Shown here piece after piece: positions 38,735 through 47,629 of a stretch of DNA of 64,000 nucleotides. Each line of letters begins with the position of its first letter. The first letter of the stretch is position 1. The notes under the pieces are model-generated. The model ran no database searches, was not told the DNA's origin, and saw only the letters and a list, made by a program, of their open reading frames with translations. Made by a program: the position numbers and the translations under genes. Origin of the DNA: Promethearchaeota archaeon (GTDB taxonomy: Archaea; Asgardarchaeota; Lokiarchaeia; Sigyniarchaeales; SOKP01); contig JAHPZE010000002.1 of assembly GCA_019058365.1 (NCBI GenBank), forward strand, positions 1 through 64,000, given 5' to 3'.

Positions 38735-39330
38735 TTAATCACCTCTTAAGATGTCATCAAATTCCCCTTTATCTATTTTTTTTTGGATAGCTCTTGGATC
38801 TTGTCCTTCTACTGTTAACCCCACTGATAATGCTGTTCCTAACACTGTTTTTATGCCTGCTTTAATTGTTTTATCTAAAAATTTATCTCTTTTAGCCTTC
38901 ACTACATTTTGAACTTGATCAAGTGTCAAATTTCCTATTTTTGTTTCTGAACAACTAGCACTCCCTTTTTCAACACCTACCTCTTTCAGCAATAATGATG
39001 CAGTAGAAGGTGTTTCTATAAAAATTTCAAATTGCTTTGTCTCCGGATCACATTCAATTCTAACGGGTACGGTTAGTCCCCTAAATACCATTGTCTGCTT
39101 GTTGATTTCGTCAACCACATCTTTAATATGTGCATCGAAAATCGAAATAATTTTCGTTTATGCCTGTGGGACCAACAGCAGGACCTTTACCATAATTTGA
39201 CAAAAGCGATATGCTTTATGCAATAGGCGGCCCTCCTGATGCATTTGGGGTCTAATCGAAATGATTATTAAAGATATACACTCCCACCAGTCACAAGAGC
39301 CTTTACAACAATTTTTCCTTTTTCACTCAC
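38735..39330 (-). CDS. rpl11: 50S ribosomal protein uL11, four exons (39330-39281, 39243-39223, 39186-39158, 39129-38735); 164 aa after splicing
   Basis: Joined exons give [46 protein letters not shown]..., the canonical uL11 N-terminus, in frame with the 39118 ORF; GTG start 6 nt after GGTGA. Confidence 0.92.
39130..39157 (-). other. rpl11 pre-mRNA intron 3 (28 nt, near-canonical BHB)
   Basis: Central GCAU/AUGC, intron helix CGAAAAU/AUUUUCG, bulges AA^A and AC^A. Confidence 0.9.
39187..39222 (-). other. rpl11 pre-mRNA intron 2 (36 nt, relaxed BHB)
   Basis: Exon helix AGGGCC/GGUCCU, central GCCU/UGGU (3 of 4 paired), bulges AU^U and AA^A; contains in-frame TAA. Confidence 0.82.
39244..39280 (-). 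other. rpl11 pre-mRNA intron 1 (37 nt, relaxed BHB)
   Basis: Central helix UGGG/CCCA, bulges AG^U and AA^U; frameshifting and contains in-frame TAA. Confidence 0.85.
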
Positions 39331-39385
39331 ATACTCTCACCGTTTTTTTTAATAATTCTTGGTTTAAAAAATATCCTAAAAGGTA

Positions 39386-39456
39386 AGAACGCGAAATTAC
39401 TAATTATTCCTATTTCAATATTTTTATTATATCGAAACCGCATTAATTTGCGTCCT
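39386..39456 (-). promoter_or_regulatory. Long stem-loop in the putative leader of the uL11-uL1-uL10-P1 operon
   Basis: Nested helices AGGACGC/GCGUUCU, AAAUUA/UAAUUU, UUUCGAUAU/AUAUUGAAA. Confidence 0.5.
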
Positions 39457-39534
39457 AAGTTTCTTAGAATAATTTTTTTTAAACTTAGTAAGTTTTAGAA
39501 TAAAGCAACCTTAAAAAATTTTTCCAGAATTAAA

Positions 39535-39720
39535 TTAAAATCTACAACATAGCCTACGACCATGATTTAGATCACACTTTAAATATTCTTCAGATAAAAT
39601 ATTCATTATTGTATCACGATCCAAGTTTACTTTCTTGATAATATCTTCAATCTCAATTCCAGGAGTCGATATTAAGTCAAAAATCTTTTTCTTAACTTCT
39701 TCACTAATTTCTGAGCTCAT
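39535..39720 (-). CDS. Small HTH-like hypothetical protein
   Basis: 61 aa; IEDIIKKVNLDRDTIMNIL. Confidence 0.6.
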   Translation of the reverse strand: MSSEISEEVKKKIFDLISTPGIEIEDIIKKVNLDRDTIMNILSEEYLKCDLNHGRRLCCRF

Positions 39721-39758
39721 TATGATGAAATATAGATTTTCCTTAATAAATTTTAACT

Positions 39759-39902
39759 ATTAAATCTGATTATTTCGTAAGCAATTTACTAATTAAGTAT
39801 TATTCAATCTGCGACTCCACTCTCAGCAACACTTTTAGGCATTCCAAAAGGTATATTTGTCACTTTAGATTCTGTTAGTGTTTTTACACATTCTGTATAG
39901 GA
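39759..39902 (-). pseudogene. Remnant of a CheB methylesterase C-terminus
   Basis: KTLTESKVTNIPFGMPKSVAESGVAD*IILN**IAYEII matches the CheB T-I-A-E-S...FGMPK...GAVD motif, with 3 stops. Confidence 0.6.
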
Positions 39903-39943
39903 ACGAAAAAGTATCAATTCTAAGAAACTTGAATTATGCCGTT

Positions 39944-40627
39944 TTAATCCCCTTCTTCTAAGATTACCTTATGTGCTATTTTACCAATTTTTTCTATCGA
40001 TGCTTCAATTAAGTCTCCTGGTTGAATCGGGCCTACTCCACTAGGAGTTCCAGATGCAACAATATCTCCAGTGAATAATGTGACAAATTTGGAGAGATAT
40101 GAGAGAATTTCAGGAATTTTGAAAATCATATATTTTGTATTTGATTGTTGACGAACTTCTCTATTAATTTGTAATTTAATATTTAAATTATGAGGATCTT
40201 CAATCTCACTAAAAGGTACAATTCTCGGGCCAATTGGTCCAAATGTATCGAAATTTTTGCTTCTATACCATGGTAAATTAATATTTCTATCACTTATCTG
40301 CATTTTCCTCGCGGTTATATCTAGAAAAATAGTGTATCCTTCGATATATTCATGAGCGTGCTCAATTTGAATATTCTTACATTTCTGAGAAATTATAAAT
40401 GCTAATTCTACTTCGTGATCTACTTGATTATATTCTTGACTATCATACAGTATTTTAGGATAGATAATTGGATTCCCATCAGTCACCAATGTATTTACAG
40501 TTTTCCCGAAGAATACTGGATCTTTTGGTACTCGTGCCTTCATCTCCCTTGCATGATCTACATAATTACGTCCCAAACAAATTATTTTTGTAGGACTTAT
40601 CTCATTTTCTCCAATTTTGATAATAAT
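39944..40627 (-). CDS. Fumarylacetoacetate hydrolase family protein (copy 2); N-terminus extends to ATT/ATC near 40627
   Basis: TKIICLGRNY..H, VDHEVELA, RSKNFDTFGPIGP, GDIVASGTPSGVG. Confidence 0.9.
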   Translation of the reverse strand: MIIKIGENEISPTKIICLGRNYVDHAREMKARVPKDPVFFGKTVNTLVTDGNPIIYPKILYDSQEYNQVDHEVELAFIISQKCKNIQIEHAHEYIEGYTIFLDITARKMQISDRNINLPWYRSKNFDTFGPIGPRIVPFSEIEDPHNLNIKLQINREVRQQSNTKYMIFKIPEILSYLSKFVTLFTGDIVASGTPSGVGPIQPGDLIEASIEKIGKIAHKVILEEGD

Positions 40628-40630
40628 TTT

Positions 40631-41305
40631 TCATTCACCTTCCATAACTACTTTATTTGTAAGCGTTCCTATCTTTTCTATTGTTGCTTCAATAAGATCG
40701 CCTGGTTGTATAGGCCCAATTCCACTTGGAGTTCCTGTAGCTATAATATCTCCAGGCTCAAGGGTAAAAAATGTCGTAATATACTCCATAAGTTTGGGAA
40801 TTTTGAATAATAGATGCTTAGTATTAGAAAATTGTTTAATCTCTCCATTTAACATCAATTCAATATTTAAGTTATGAGGATCTTTGATTTCATCAGTATC
40901 AACTATTCTTGGACCTATCGGCCCAAAAGTATCAAATGATTTAGAACGAAACCATGGTAATTTAGATACTATATCTATTGCTTGCATTTTTCGTGCAGTA
41001 ATATCATTAAATATTGTATATCCAAGAATATAGTTATATGCTTCATCTTTTGGAACAAATTTACATTTATCTTTTATAATAAATGCCAATTCTACCTCAT
41101 AATCCACTCTATTATATTTGTGTTGGTTAAATAAAAATTTAGGATAAATTATCGGCTCTCTATCTGAAATCAGGCAGTTTAAAGTTTTTGGAAAAAGAAC
41201 CGGCTCTTTTGGAATGTTCAAACCTGTTTCTTCAATATGGTCCATGTAATTTGTACCGATGCAAATAATCTTCGTCGGATTTATCGTTTGGAGCCCAATT
41301 TTCAT
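40631..41305 (-). CDS. Fumarylacetoacetate hydrolase family protein (copy 1)
   Basis: KIICIGTNYMDH, VDYEVELA, NDITAR, GDIIATGTPSGIG. Confidence 0.93.
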   Translation of the reverse strand: MKIGLQTINPTKIICIGTNYMDHIEETGLNIPKEPVLFPKTLNCLISDREPIIYPKFLFNQHKYNRVDYEVELAFIIKDKCKFVPKDEAYNYILGYTIFNDITARKMQAIDIVSKLPWFRSKSFDTFGPIGPRIVDTDEIKDPHNLNIELMLNGEIKQFSNTKHLLFKIPKLMEYITTFFTLEPGDIIATGTPSGIGPIQPGDLIEATIEKIGTLTNKVVMEGE

Positions 41306-41499
41306 AATACATTTACAATTTTTTGAAAAAATTGAAAAACTCAGTCTAATTCTTTATGATTTTAAATACTTTAATAGATTAAAACTCTTTAATTTCATAA
41401 ATCTTTGATATCTTCCTTAACAAAATTTAATTTTTCACTCGTTTTAAAAAAAAATATAGTAAAAAAAATTAATAATATAAGAAAAATTGTTAAAATCAA

Positions 41500-42081
41500 G
41501 TGAGAAAAATGAGTGAGCAGAAACCTTACAATGATGAAGAAAAGAAAAAGTTATTACATAGTACTTTAAACAAAAAGATAGCTGCCTCAGGTATTTTCAT
41601 TGCAGTTGGATTAATTTTGAGTTATCTTAATCCATTTGGATATTTCTTCATATTTGGTACGAAAATAAATCCATTTGCTCATTTTATTAATGCTATAACC
41701 GGTGTTTTGATTGGTTTAATTTTTTCATGTATAACAGCACTAGGGATTGCCATCCTTCGATTTTCATTCGCAATTGGGACAATACATGCGTTTCATGGAG
41801 GTATTACCGGTGCTTTTGTAGTTGGAATTGTTTCTCACTTTTTACGTAAAAAATTTCCTAAATATGTCGAGTTAGCTGCTTTTACAGAACCATTGGGAAC
41901 AATCTTCCTAGGAGGAACTATTGGGCATTTAATTGCTCCAATAGGAAGCATTTTTGCGATTGAGAGTCTCTATACATATTGGGGACTATTCGCATTAAGC
42001 TGTATTCCTGGAAGTATTATGGGATTCATAATTCTAATGGTTTTAAAACAAGCAAAAATAACATGGGAGGATTTTTTTTAA
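41500..42081 (+). CDS. thiW: ECF S component ThiW
   Basis: PFAHFINAITGVL, LRF...GTIHAF.GG, TEPLGT. Confidence 0.85.
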   Translation: MRKMSEQKPYNDEEKKKLLHSTLNKKIAASGIFIAVGLILSYLNPFGYFFIFGTKINPFAHFINAITGVLIGLIFSCITALGIAILRFSFAIGTIHAFHGGITGAFVVGIVSHFLRKKFPKYVELAAFTEPLGTIFLGGTIGHLIAPIGSIFAIESLYTYWGLFALSCIPGSIMGFIILMVLKQAKITWEDFF

Positions 42082-42108
42082 AAATCAATAATTAATGAAG
42101 CAATTTTT

Positions 42109-42696
42109 ATGAAATTTGATTCATCTTTGCGTTATGAGGAATTTATTGGACATCAGACTTTTCTTTACGGAGAAACAAACACCAAAAAGACTTATTTTAC
42201 AGCAAAATTTATTCAATTCCTCATAGAATCAAAATATTTCGATCCAAAAGAAATTAGTATCTTAGATTTTGCTCCGCCACAAAGTATTATTAATAATAAC
42301 AAAATTGGTGGTAAAATCAAAGATTTTTATAAAGGCAGTACTAAATGTAATACTTTTTTTTTTAAAGGAGAAATTGTCCCACCCCGCCTTAAAGCTAAAA
42401 ATGTTAGAGAATTATATGATAATGCTTGTAAAAATTTTAAAAAAACTTATATAATATTAACTTTATTCAACGATAATCCAACTTCGATATTAATCATCAA
42501 TGATATATCAATTTATCTTCACATAGGGAATAAAAAATTATTATTAGACTCAATAAAGAAATCAGATACTTTTTTTGGGAATTCTTATTACGGTTCTTCT
42601 ATAACAACAGATTTCACAAACCTATTTAGCTTAAGAGAAAAAAGATTAGTAGAATATTTGGTAAGGAAAATTAAAAATTCTTATTTTACGGGATAA
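42109..42696 (+). CDS. Divergent P-loop NTPase-like conserved protein
   Basis: LYGETNTKKT, ILDFAP, IINDISIYLH, NSYYG. Confidence 0.65.
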   Translation: MKFDSSLRYEEFIGHQTFLYGETNTKKTYFTAKFIQFLIESKYFDPKEISILDFAPPQSIINNNKIGGKIKDFYKGSTKCNTFFFKGEIVPPRLKAKNVRELYDNACKNFKKTYIILTLFNDNPTSILIINDISIYLHIGNKKLLLDSIKKSDTFFGNSYYGSSITTDFTNLFSLREKRLVEYLVRKIKNSYFTG

Positions 42697-42775
42697 ATTT
42701 TGTTAAAAAATATTTAGGCAAAATAATTTTAATTAATGTCCAATTAATTTATCTACAAATTATATTTATAACTAA

Positions 42776-43429
42776 TTGACGAAGATGAAAAAATTAATAT
42801 TATTTGGACCACCTGGAGCAGGAAAAGGCACCTTTTCGGGGCAGATAAAAAAAGTAGCACCTGAAATCATTCATATTAGCACTGGAGATATATTTCGGGA
42901 AAATTTAAAAAACGAAACACCTTTAGGATTAAAAGCAAAAAGCTATATGGATAAGGGAGAATTAGTACCCGATAATGTTACTATTGAAATGGTTAGAGAT
43001 AGGTTAAATAGAGAGGATGTTAAAAAAAATGGTTTTATTCTTGACGGCTTTCCTAGAACATTCGCTCAAGCAGAAGCATTAATGGATATAACTGAAATAG
43101 ATTTACTTCTTTTATTACAAGTTCCCCGAGATATTATATTTAAACGAATTTTGGGCAGATATGGGTGTAATAAGTGTGGGGAGATATACAATAAATACAC
43201 ACTTCCGCCAAAAGTAGAAGGAAAATGCGATAAATGTGGAGCTGAGATTAAATTTGAACAAAGAGCTGATGATAATGAAGAGACATTGAAAAATAGACTA
43301 GATGCTTACGAAAAAAATGCCAAGCCATTAATTAAATATTATAAGAAAAGGGGAAAATTAAAAAAAGTTGATGCTAGAGACACTCTGAGTTTCACTGAGG
43401 ATGATATAAAAAAAATTATCGAAATATAA
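42776..43429 (+). CDS. adk: Adenylate kinase (bacterial type, Zn lid)
   Basis: GPPGAGKGT, HISTGDIFR, GFILDGFPRT, CNKCG..CDKCG, QRADD. Confidence 0.96.
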   Translation: MTKMKKLILFGPPGAGKGTFSGQIKKVAPEIIHISTGDIFRENLKNETPLGLKAKSYMDKGELVPDNVTIEMVRDRLNREDVKKNGFILDGFPRTFAQAEALMDITEIDLLLLLQVPRDIIFKRILGRYGCNKCGEIYNKYTLPPKVEGKCDKCGAEIKFEQRADDNEETLKNRLDAYEKNAKPLIKYYKKRGKLKKVDARDTLSFTEDDIKKIIEI

Positions 43430-43456
43430 AATTTTCTTTTAAATTCATTCTAAATT

Positions 43457-44209
43457 ATGAAATTCAATCTTTGTGTCCCGATACCTATCAAATACACAAG
43501 TATAAAAGAAGTTAGACCAATAATTGAGAAAGCAATAAAATCAAAACCTGACCTAATTGAATTAAGATTTGATTATATTTCTAATATTAAAACTCTTTCT
43601 AAAGAATTTGTAAGAGATTTATTAAATATTATTCATCCTCATGCTGCTGTTATCTTTACCTTAAGAGACTCATCTGAAGGTGGTCTCCTCAAAATGCATC
43701 AAAGAGAACGCTTTAAAATCTTGAAAATGTTAATAGAGACTAAATCCGATTATCTTGACATTGAAATGAATACTGATAAAAACATTTTAGGTGAGATTAT
43801 TAATTTGGCTCTCCAAAATGAAGTAAGAATAATTTTTTCATATCACAATTTTGAAAAAACGCTAACTTTCGATGAATCAATCCAACTTGTACAAAATTTC
43901 AATGAAAAGCTAACTCAAGAATTATCTTTAAATTCAAAATTACTTGAAGATATTATATATAAAGTTATCTTTACAGCTCAAAATTTTGAGGATAATTTAA
44001 TACCATTAAAGCTTTGTAAAGAATTATCGAATTCCAATCAAAAAATTATCTCATTCTGTATGGGACCATTAGGTATCTTCTCAAGAATTATGTGTGTCCT
44101 TACCGGCTCTTTTTTAACGTATACGTCTTTAGAAGAAAAGACTGCGCCGGGACAAATTAATATTTCAATAATGAGAGAATTTTACAGTTTAATCTTAAAT
44201 AATTGTTGA
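43457..44209 (+). CDS. aroD: Type I 3-dehydroquinate dehydratase
   Basis: DLIELRFD, FTLRDSSEGG, FSYHNF, FCMG..G..SR, TAPGQI. Confidence 0.93.
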   Translation: MKFNLCVPIPIKYTSIKEVRPIIEKAIKSKPDLIELRFDYISNIKTLSKEFVRDLLNIIHPHAAVIFTLRDSSEGGLLKMHQRERFKILKMLIETKSDYLDIEMNTDKNILGEIINLALQNEVRIIFSYHNFEKTLTFDESIQLVQNFNEKLTQELSLNSKLLEDIIYKVIFTAQNFEDNLIPLKLCKELSNSNQKIISFCMGPLGIFSRIMCVLTGSFLTYTSLEEKTAPGQINISIMREFYSLILNNC

Positions 44210-44239
44210 ATTCATCAATCTTTAGAATCTTACATTTGT

Positions 44240-44851
44240 TCAAGAAAGGATATCAAAATCAGATTTTAAGAAGTAACCAATCAATTTTGTAAGAAATTTT
44301 ACGAGTTCCTCATCAGATTCAAAAATAGGGTCTATAAATACATGTTGGAAGATATATGCATTACAAGTGTGACTTATAAGCATAAAGGCTTTTAATAAAT
44401 CAGCCTCAGGTATATCCTTAAAAGCTTCATAGTTTTTCCGCAAATTTCTAATGATTTTTGTGTAATAATACTTAGAAAGCGTGCCACCATCTTTAAAAAA
44501 ATCAGGATTGGATAAAATAGCTTGAGTTAGAGCAGAATAGTAAGATCTATGTTCTCGGGTAGTTTTTACTAGATTATCAATAAATTCACCAAGATAATTT
44601 GGATTTAAAATCATTTCTGATGCTAACGTTTTATCTGTTTTTGTAATTTCATTCGCAAAATAAATTATTAAAGCTTTCATTATTGCTGATTTTCCTTCTG
44701 AAAAATGATGGTAGATTGTACCTATAGCAACATTTGCTTTATCACGAATATCTCTTACACTAATATTATCATATCCTTTTTCAATTATTAGTTTATAGAA
44801 AGCTCGGATAATATCCTTTCTGTGATCTCTTTTTTTATTTGAATTTTCCAT
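44240..44851 (-). CDS. TetR family transcriptional regulator
   Basis: KGYDNISVRDIRDKANVAIGTIYHHF. Confidence 0.92.
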   Translation of the reverse strand: MENSNKKRDHRKDIIRAFYKLIIEKGYDNISVRDIRDKANVAIGTIYHHFSEGKSAIMKALIIYFANEITKTDKTLASEMILNPNYLGEFIDNLVKTTREHRSYYSALTQAILSNPDFFKDGGTLSKYYYTKIIRNLRKNYEAFKDIPEADLLKAFMLISHTCNAYIFQHVFIDPIFESDEELVKFLTKLIGYFLKSDFDILS

Positions 44852-44863
44852 CTTTAATTCTTC

Positions 44864-44933
44864 CTAGAACATTGATCTAGATATTTATATATGAGAAATT
44901 ATTTTATATTATTAAACTAGATCAATGTTCTAG
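44864..44933. promoter_or_regulatory. Pair of 17-bp quasi-palindromic operators, probably TetR sites, in the divergent promoter
   Basis: CTAGAACATTGATCTAG (44864-44880) and its exact reverse complement CTAGATCAATGTTCTAG (44917-44933). Confidence 0.75.
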
Positions 44934-44991
44934 TATTTTAATTTAATTTTAAAACATAAGTTTAAACTCTATTTATATTAAAAAAACTGAG

Positions 44992-45426
44992 ATGATAAAA
45001 ATAATTGATCAAAAATTAAATCAAAATGAATCTTTAAAGGTAGCCGCTTTAATTCTATTCATATATGGTATTGTTGAAATTCAACAAAGTATAACGAATT
45101 TGTTAATAGCTTCTGGAATCATTCCAAACTTTAATCTCATATTTTTTGAATTCTTATTTCCTGGAGGAGAAGTCTCTGAATGGACAACAGAACCAATTCT
45201 TTATGTTCCAGCAATTATCATGTTTACCATTATAAGATTTATGTCTGGAATTGCTCTATTGAAAAATAAATTATATGGATTCTGGCTAGGAATAATTGGA
45301 TCACTTTTAACCATCTTTATGATAGTATCAACACTTAAAATTAATGCTTTTATGATGCCTTTTCATGCAATAATAATTATATTGCTTCTTCATGGATATT
45401 TTAAAGATCGTTCAATTGTAGAATAA
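44992..45426 (+). CDS. Four-TM membrane protein divergent from TetR
   Basis: Hydrophobic helices; GIALLKNKLYGFWLG. Confidence 0.75.
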   Translation: MIKIIDQKLNQNESLKVAALILFIYGIVEIQQSITNLLIASGIIPNFNLIFFEFLFPGGEVSEWTTEPILYVPAIIMFTIIRFMSGIALLKNKLYGFWLGIIGSLLTIFMIVSTLKINAFMMPFHAIIIILLLHGYFKDRSIVE

Positions 45427-45606
45427 TTAAATATATCTTTTTTTTTTTAAATTTTATGTATAATTAAGACGGTATAAATTTACTAATTTTTAGAGTCGTA
45501 ACAATGAAAGAAATTTACAGAATAATACTAGATAATCAGTATTTATGACACCCATTTAAAATTAGAACTATGAAGATTAAAAAGTAGGTGTTTTTTACAT
45601 AATAAT

Positions 45607-45636
45607 ATGGTAGTTTATTTTGGCTTTTATCTCATA
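45607..45636 (+). repeat. Degenerate direct repeat of the first ~31 nt of the GH57 gene
   Basis: ATGGTAGTTTATTTTGGCTTTTATCTCATA versus ATGGTAGTTTATTTCGCTTTTTTATTTCATA at 47745. Confidence 0.65.
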
Positions 45637-45811
45637 ATGCTATAGAATCAATTATCATTTAAGTTAATTATAATCTTTCAAGAATATTTAACTGCTTTGG
45701 ATATAAATAGATGATCACATTTATAAAAGAACTGTTCCTACTATTTTTTAAGACAAATTTACTAAAATGTAAAACCAATTTAATAAAAAAAGGGAGGAAG
45801 AAATCGAAATA

Positions 45812-46516
45812 ATGAAGAATAATTTTCTGCTAGTCTGCAAATATTTCATAATATGTGTCGCTATATTAGCTTTTATACCACTTCCCGCAGTTAATGCCCG
45901 TGCTGCTTCTAGATCACGTTATTATGCCGGATACTATTATATTGGAGAGGCTGGAGAAGCTCCTTGGGGTGTTAAACCTAATGTTCTCACTAGATTCCCT
46001 AGTGTTCCTCTTGCTCACCATCTTTTTCAGTGGGGATCCGTAGTAATGAGTTATAGTCCATTATATTGGGTACAATTAGGATACGAGAGAATGTTTGTTT
46101 GGATTATTTTTCCAATAGTTATTAATACATTTTATTGGGAGAAAGTAGATGCTTTGGGCTCAACCCATACTTGGTTACTTGGCCTAAGCCCACTTGGTGA
46201 CCATACGTACACTTATGCGATATGGTGGGATTCTGTTAACCTAGAGTGGATATGGGCTGTATTAGAAGGATCAACTTGGCTTATGAGTGGAAAGCAGCCT
46301 ACATTTCCTCATAATTCAGTTGATCTTCAAGTCTTCGTAGAGACAACAAATTGGCAAATCAATATCGATGGAAGCCATTTTACTAAAATTAACTATTATG
46401 ATCCATCAGCACCTTTAAATTGGCGTTTATGGGATGATCATTTACCCAATGACACTTATCCATACTATGTAGTCGAAAGGGGTGATTATGAGTTTTATGC
46501 ACATTCTGTATTTTGA
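45812..46516 (+). CDS. Secreted aromatic-rich beta protein of unknown function
   Basis: Signal peptide, many W/Y, WVQLGYE; less AT-rich than neighbours. Confidence 0.75.
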   Translation: MKNNFLLVCKYFIICVAILAFIPLPAVNARAASRSRYYAGYYYIGEAGEAPWGVKPNVLTRFPSVPLAHHLFQWGSVVMSYSPLYWVQLGYERMFVWIIFPIVINTFYWEKVDALGSTHTWLLGLSPLGDHTYTYAIWWDSVNLEWIWAVLEGSTWLMSGKQPTFPHNSVDLQVFVETTNWQINIDGSHFTKINYYDPSAPLNWRLWDDHLPNDTYPYYVVERGDYEFYAHSVF

Positions 46517-46522
46517 GGTGAT

Positions 46523-47128
46523 ATGATAATGAGAAAAAAAGAAAAATCTTTTTTTGAAGCACTATTAATCCTAATCCCTCTACTGTTGTTAGTGTTAACT
46601 GTTTTCAATACAGTGGAGCCAAGATTAGAATATGGAGAACCTCTTGATTTCTATGGAACTTCTAGAGAGGTATCTTTAACTGAAATGGTCGAAGTAGCCA
46701 GTAAATTTAATATGTCAGTATATTTACCATCTGAATTGCCTAACAATCTTAAACATACCACTATATATCTCAAAGATAGCCCTTTCGTAGCGATAATTGT
46801 CTTTAGTGCTGAAAGTAATAAAGATTACAAGACTGCTGAGCTGACAATCCAGATATCTCCATCAAGTTCACCACCAACATATAATCAGTTGATTTCTCAA
46901 GCTGAGAATAATGAATATGAAACAGTTCTAGAAATCAAAGGCAATCCAGTATTAATCAATGAGAAGGCATACTCTGGTGGTGAAGAGAAGTTCAAAGAAA
47001 AATATGGAGATTATATACTCCTAGTATTGGCATGGATTGATGGAATGAGATATACGATATGTTGTCCAACTCTTATGACTGACGAAGCGATACAATTGGT
47101 GGAGGACATGTATTTACTGACATCATGA
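46523..47128 (+). CDS. Membrane-anchored extracytoplasmic protein (DUF4367-like pattern)
   Basis: N-terminal TM, YLPSELP, W.DGMRYTI...EAIQLVEDM. Confidence 0.65.
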   Translation: MIMRKKEKSFFEALLILIPLLLLVLTVFNTVEPRLEYGEPLDFYGTSREVSLTEMVEVASKFNMSVYLPSELPNNLKHTTIYLKDSPFVAIIVFSAESNKDYKTAELTIQISPSSSPPTYNQLISQAENNEYETVLEIKGNPVLINEKAYSGGEEKFKEKYGDYILLVLAWIDGMRYTICCPTLMTDEAIQLVEDMYLLTS

Positions 47129-47218
47129 TTATGATCTCAAAATAGTATTTGGTACAAAAGTACTATCTTAAATTTTAAATTTTTTTTTAGTTGAGGAAAA
47201 TGAGCCCTTTTTCCTATC

Positions 47219-47629
47219 TTGCAAAGATTTGAATTTTTTTATTTAGAGGAACTTTTTATGGCAAATAAGAATGTAGGTAATAAGTTAATTAAAATTGGCT
47301 TAATAGTGTTTGTTTGGAGTATGTGCTTAAATATTATTTTCGTATTATTAGCAGGTACAGTTACACCTTATTTGTGGATAATTGTAGTTTTAGCTTTTAT
47401 TGGTATTATTTGTATAGTAATTGGAGCTTTAAAAGGAAAGAAAGACGCAGGAGTATTGTTAGTAATAATTGGATTTATTCAGATTTTTTTGAGTCTTGAA
47501 TTAAGTGTTATTTCCAATCTTTTTGGGGGGACAATAACTTTTTTATTGATAATAATTCCGCTTTTAATTATTGCAGGAATTATTTGCATAGTAATTGGCG
47601 GATTAATCCCAGAAAAAAAAAATAATTGA
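47219..47629 (+). CDS. Four-TM membrane protein with internal duplication; start probably ATG 47258
   Basis: GIICIVIG occurs twice. Confidence 0.7.
   Translation: MQRFEFFYLEELFMANKNVGNKLIKIGLIVFVWSMCLNIIFVLLAGTVTPYLWIIVVLAFIGIICIVIGALKGKKDAGVLLVIIGFIQIFLSLELSVISNLFGGTITFLLIIIPLLIIAGIICIVIGGLIPEKKNN

Noticed and set aside
39130-39280. rpl11 inserts as spliceosomal GT-AG introns
   Set aside because: Sliding the boundaries gives a GT start only for insert 1 and an AG end only for insert 2; none has both. BHB explains all three.
39119-39330. rpl11 as a pseudogene or sequencing-error frameshift
   Set aside because: The interruptions are discrete 28-37 nt inserts, not single-base indels. Exon codons are fully conserved, and each insert has BHB geometry whose predicted cuts restore the frame.
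39386-39456. A fourth BHB intron in the rpl11 leader
   Set aside because: A hairpin is present, but no 4-bp helix flanked by two 3-nt bulges could be fitted.
39759-39830. In-frame TGA as a selenocysteine codon
   Set aside because: It is followed by TAG and TAA in the same frame and is not at a Cys-equivalent position. No selenoprotein or SECIS could be supported in this window.
39944-41305. Tandem FAH genes as an assembly duplication
   Set aside because: The copies are clearly diverged in protein and DNA sequence, so they are true paralogs.
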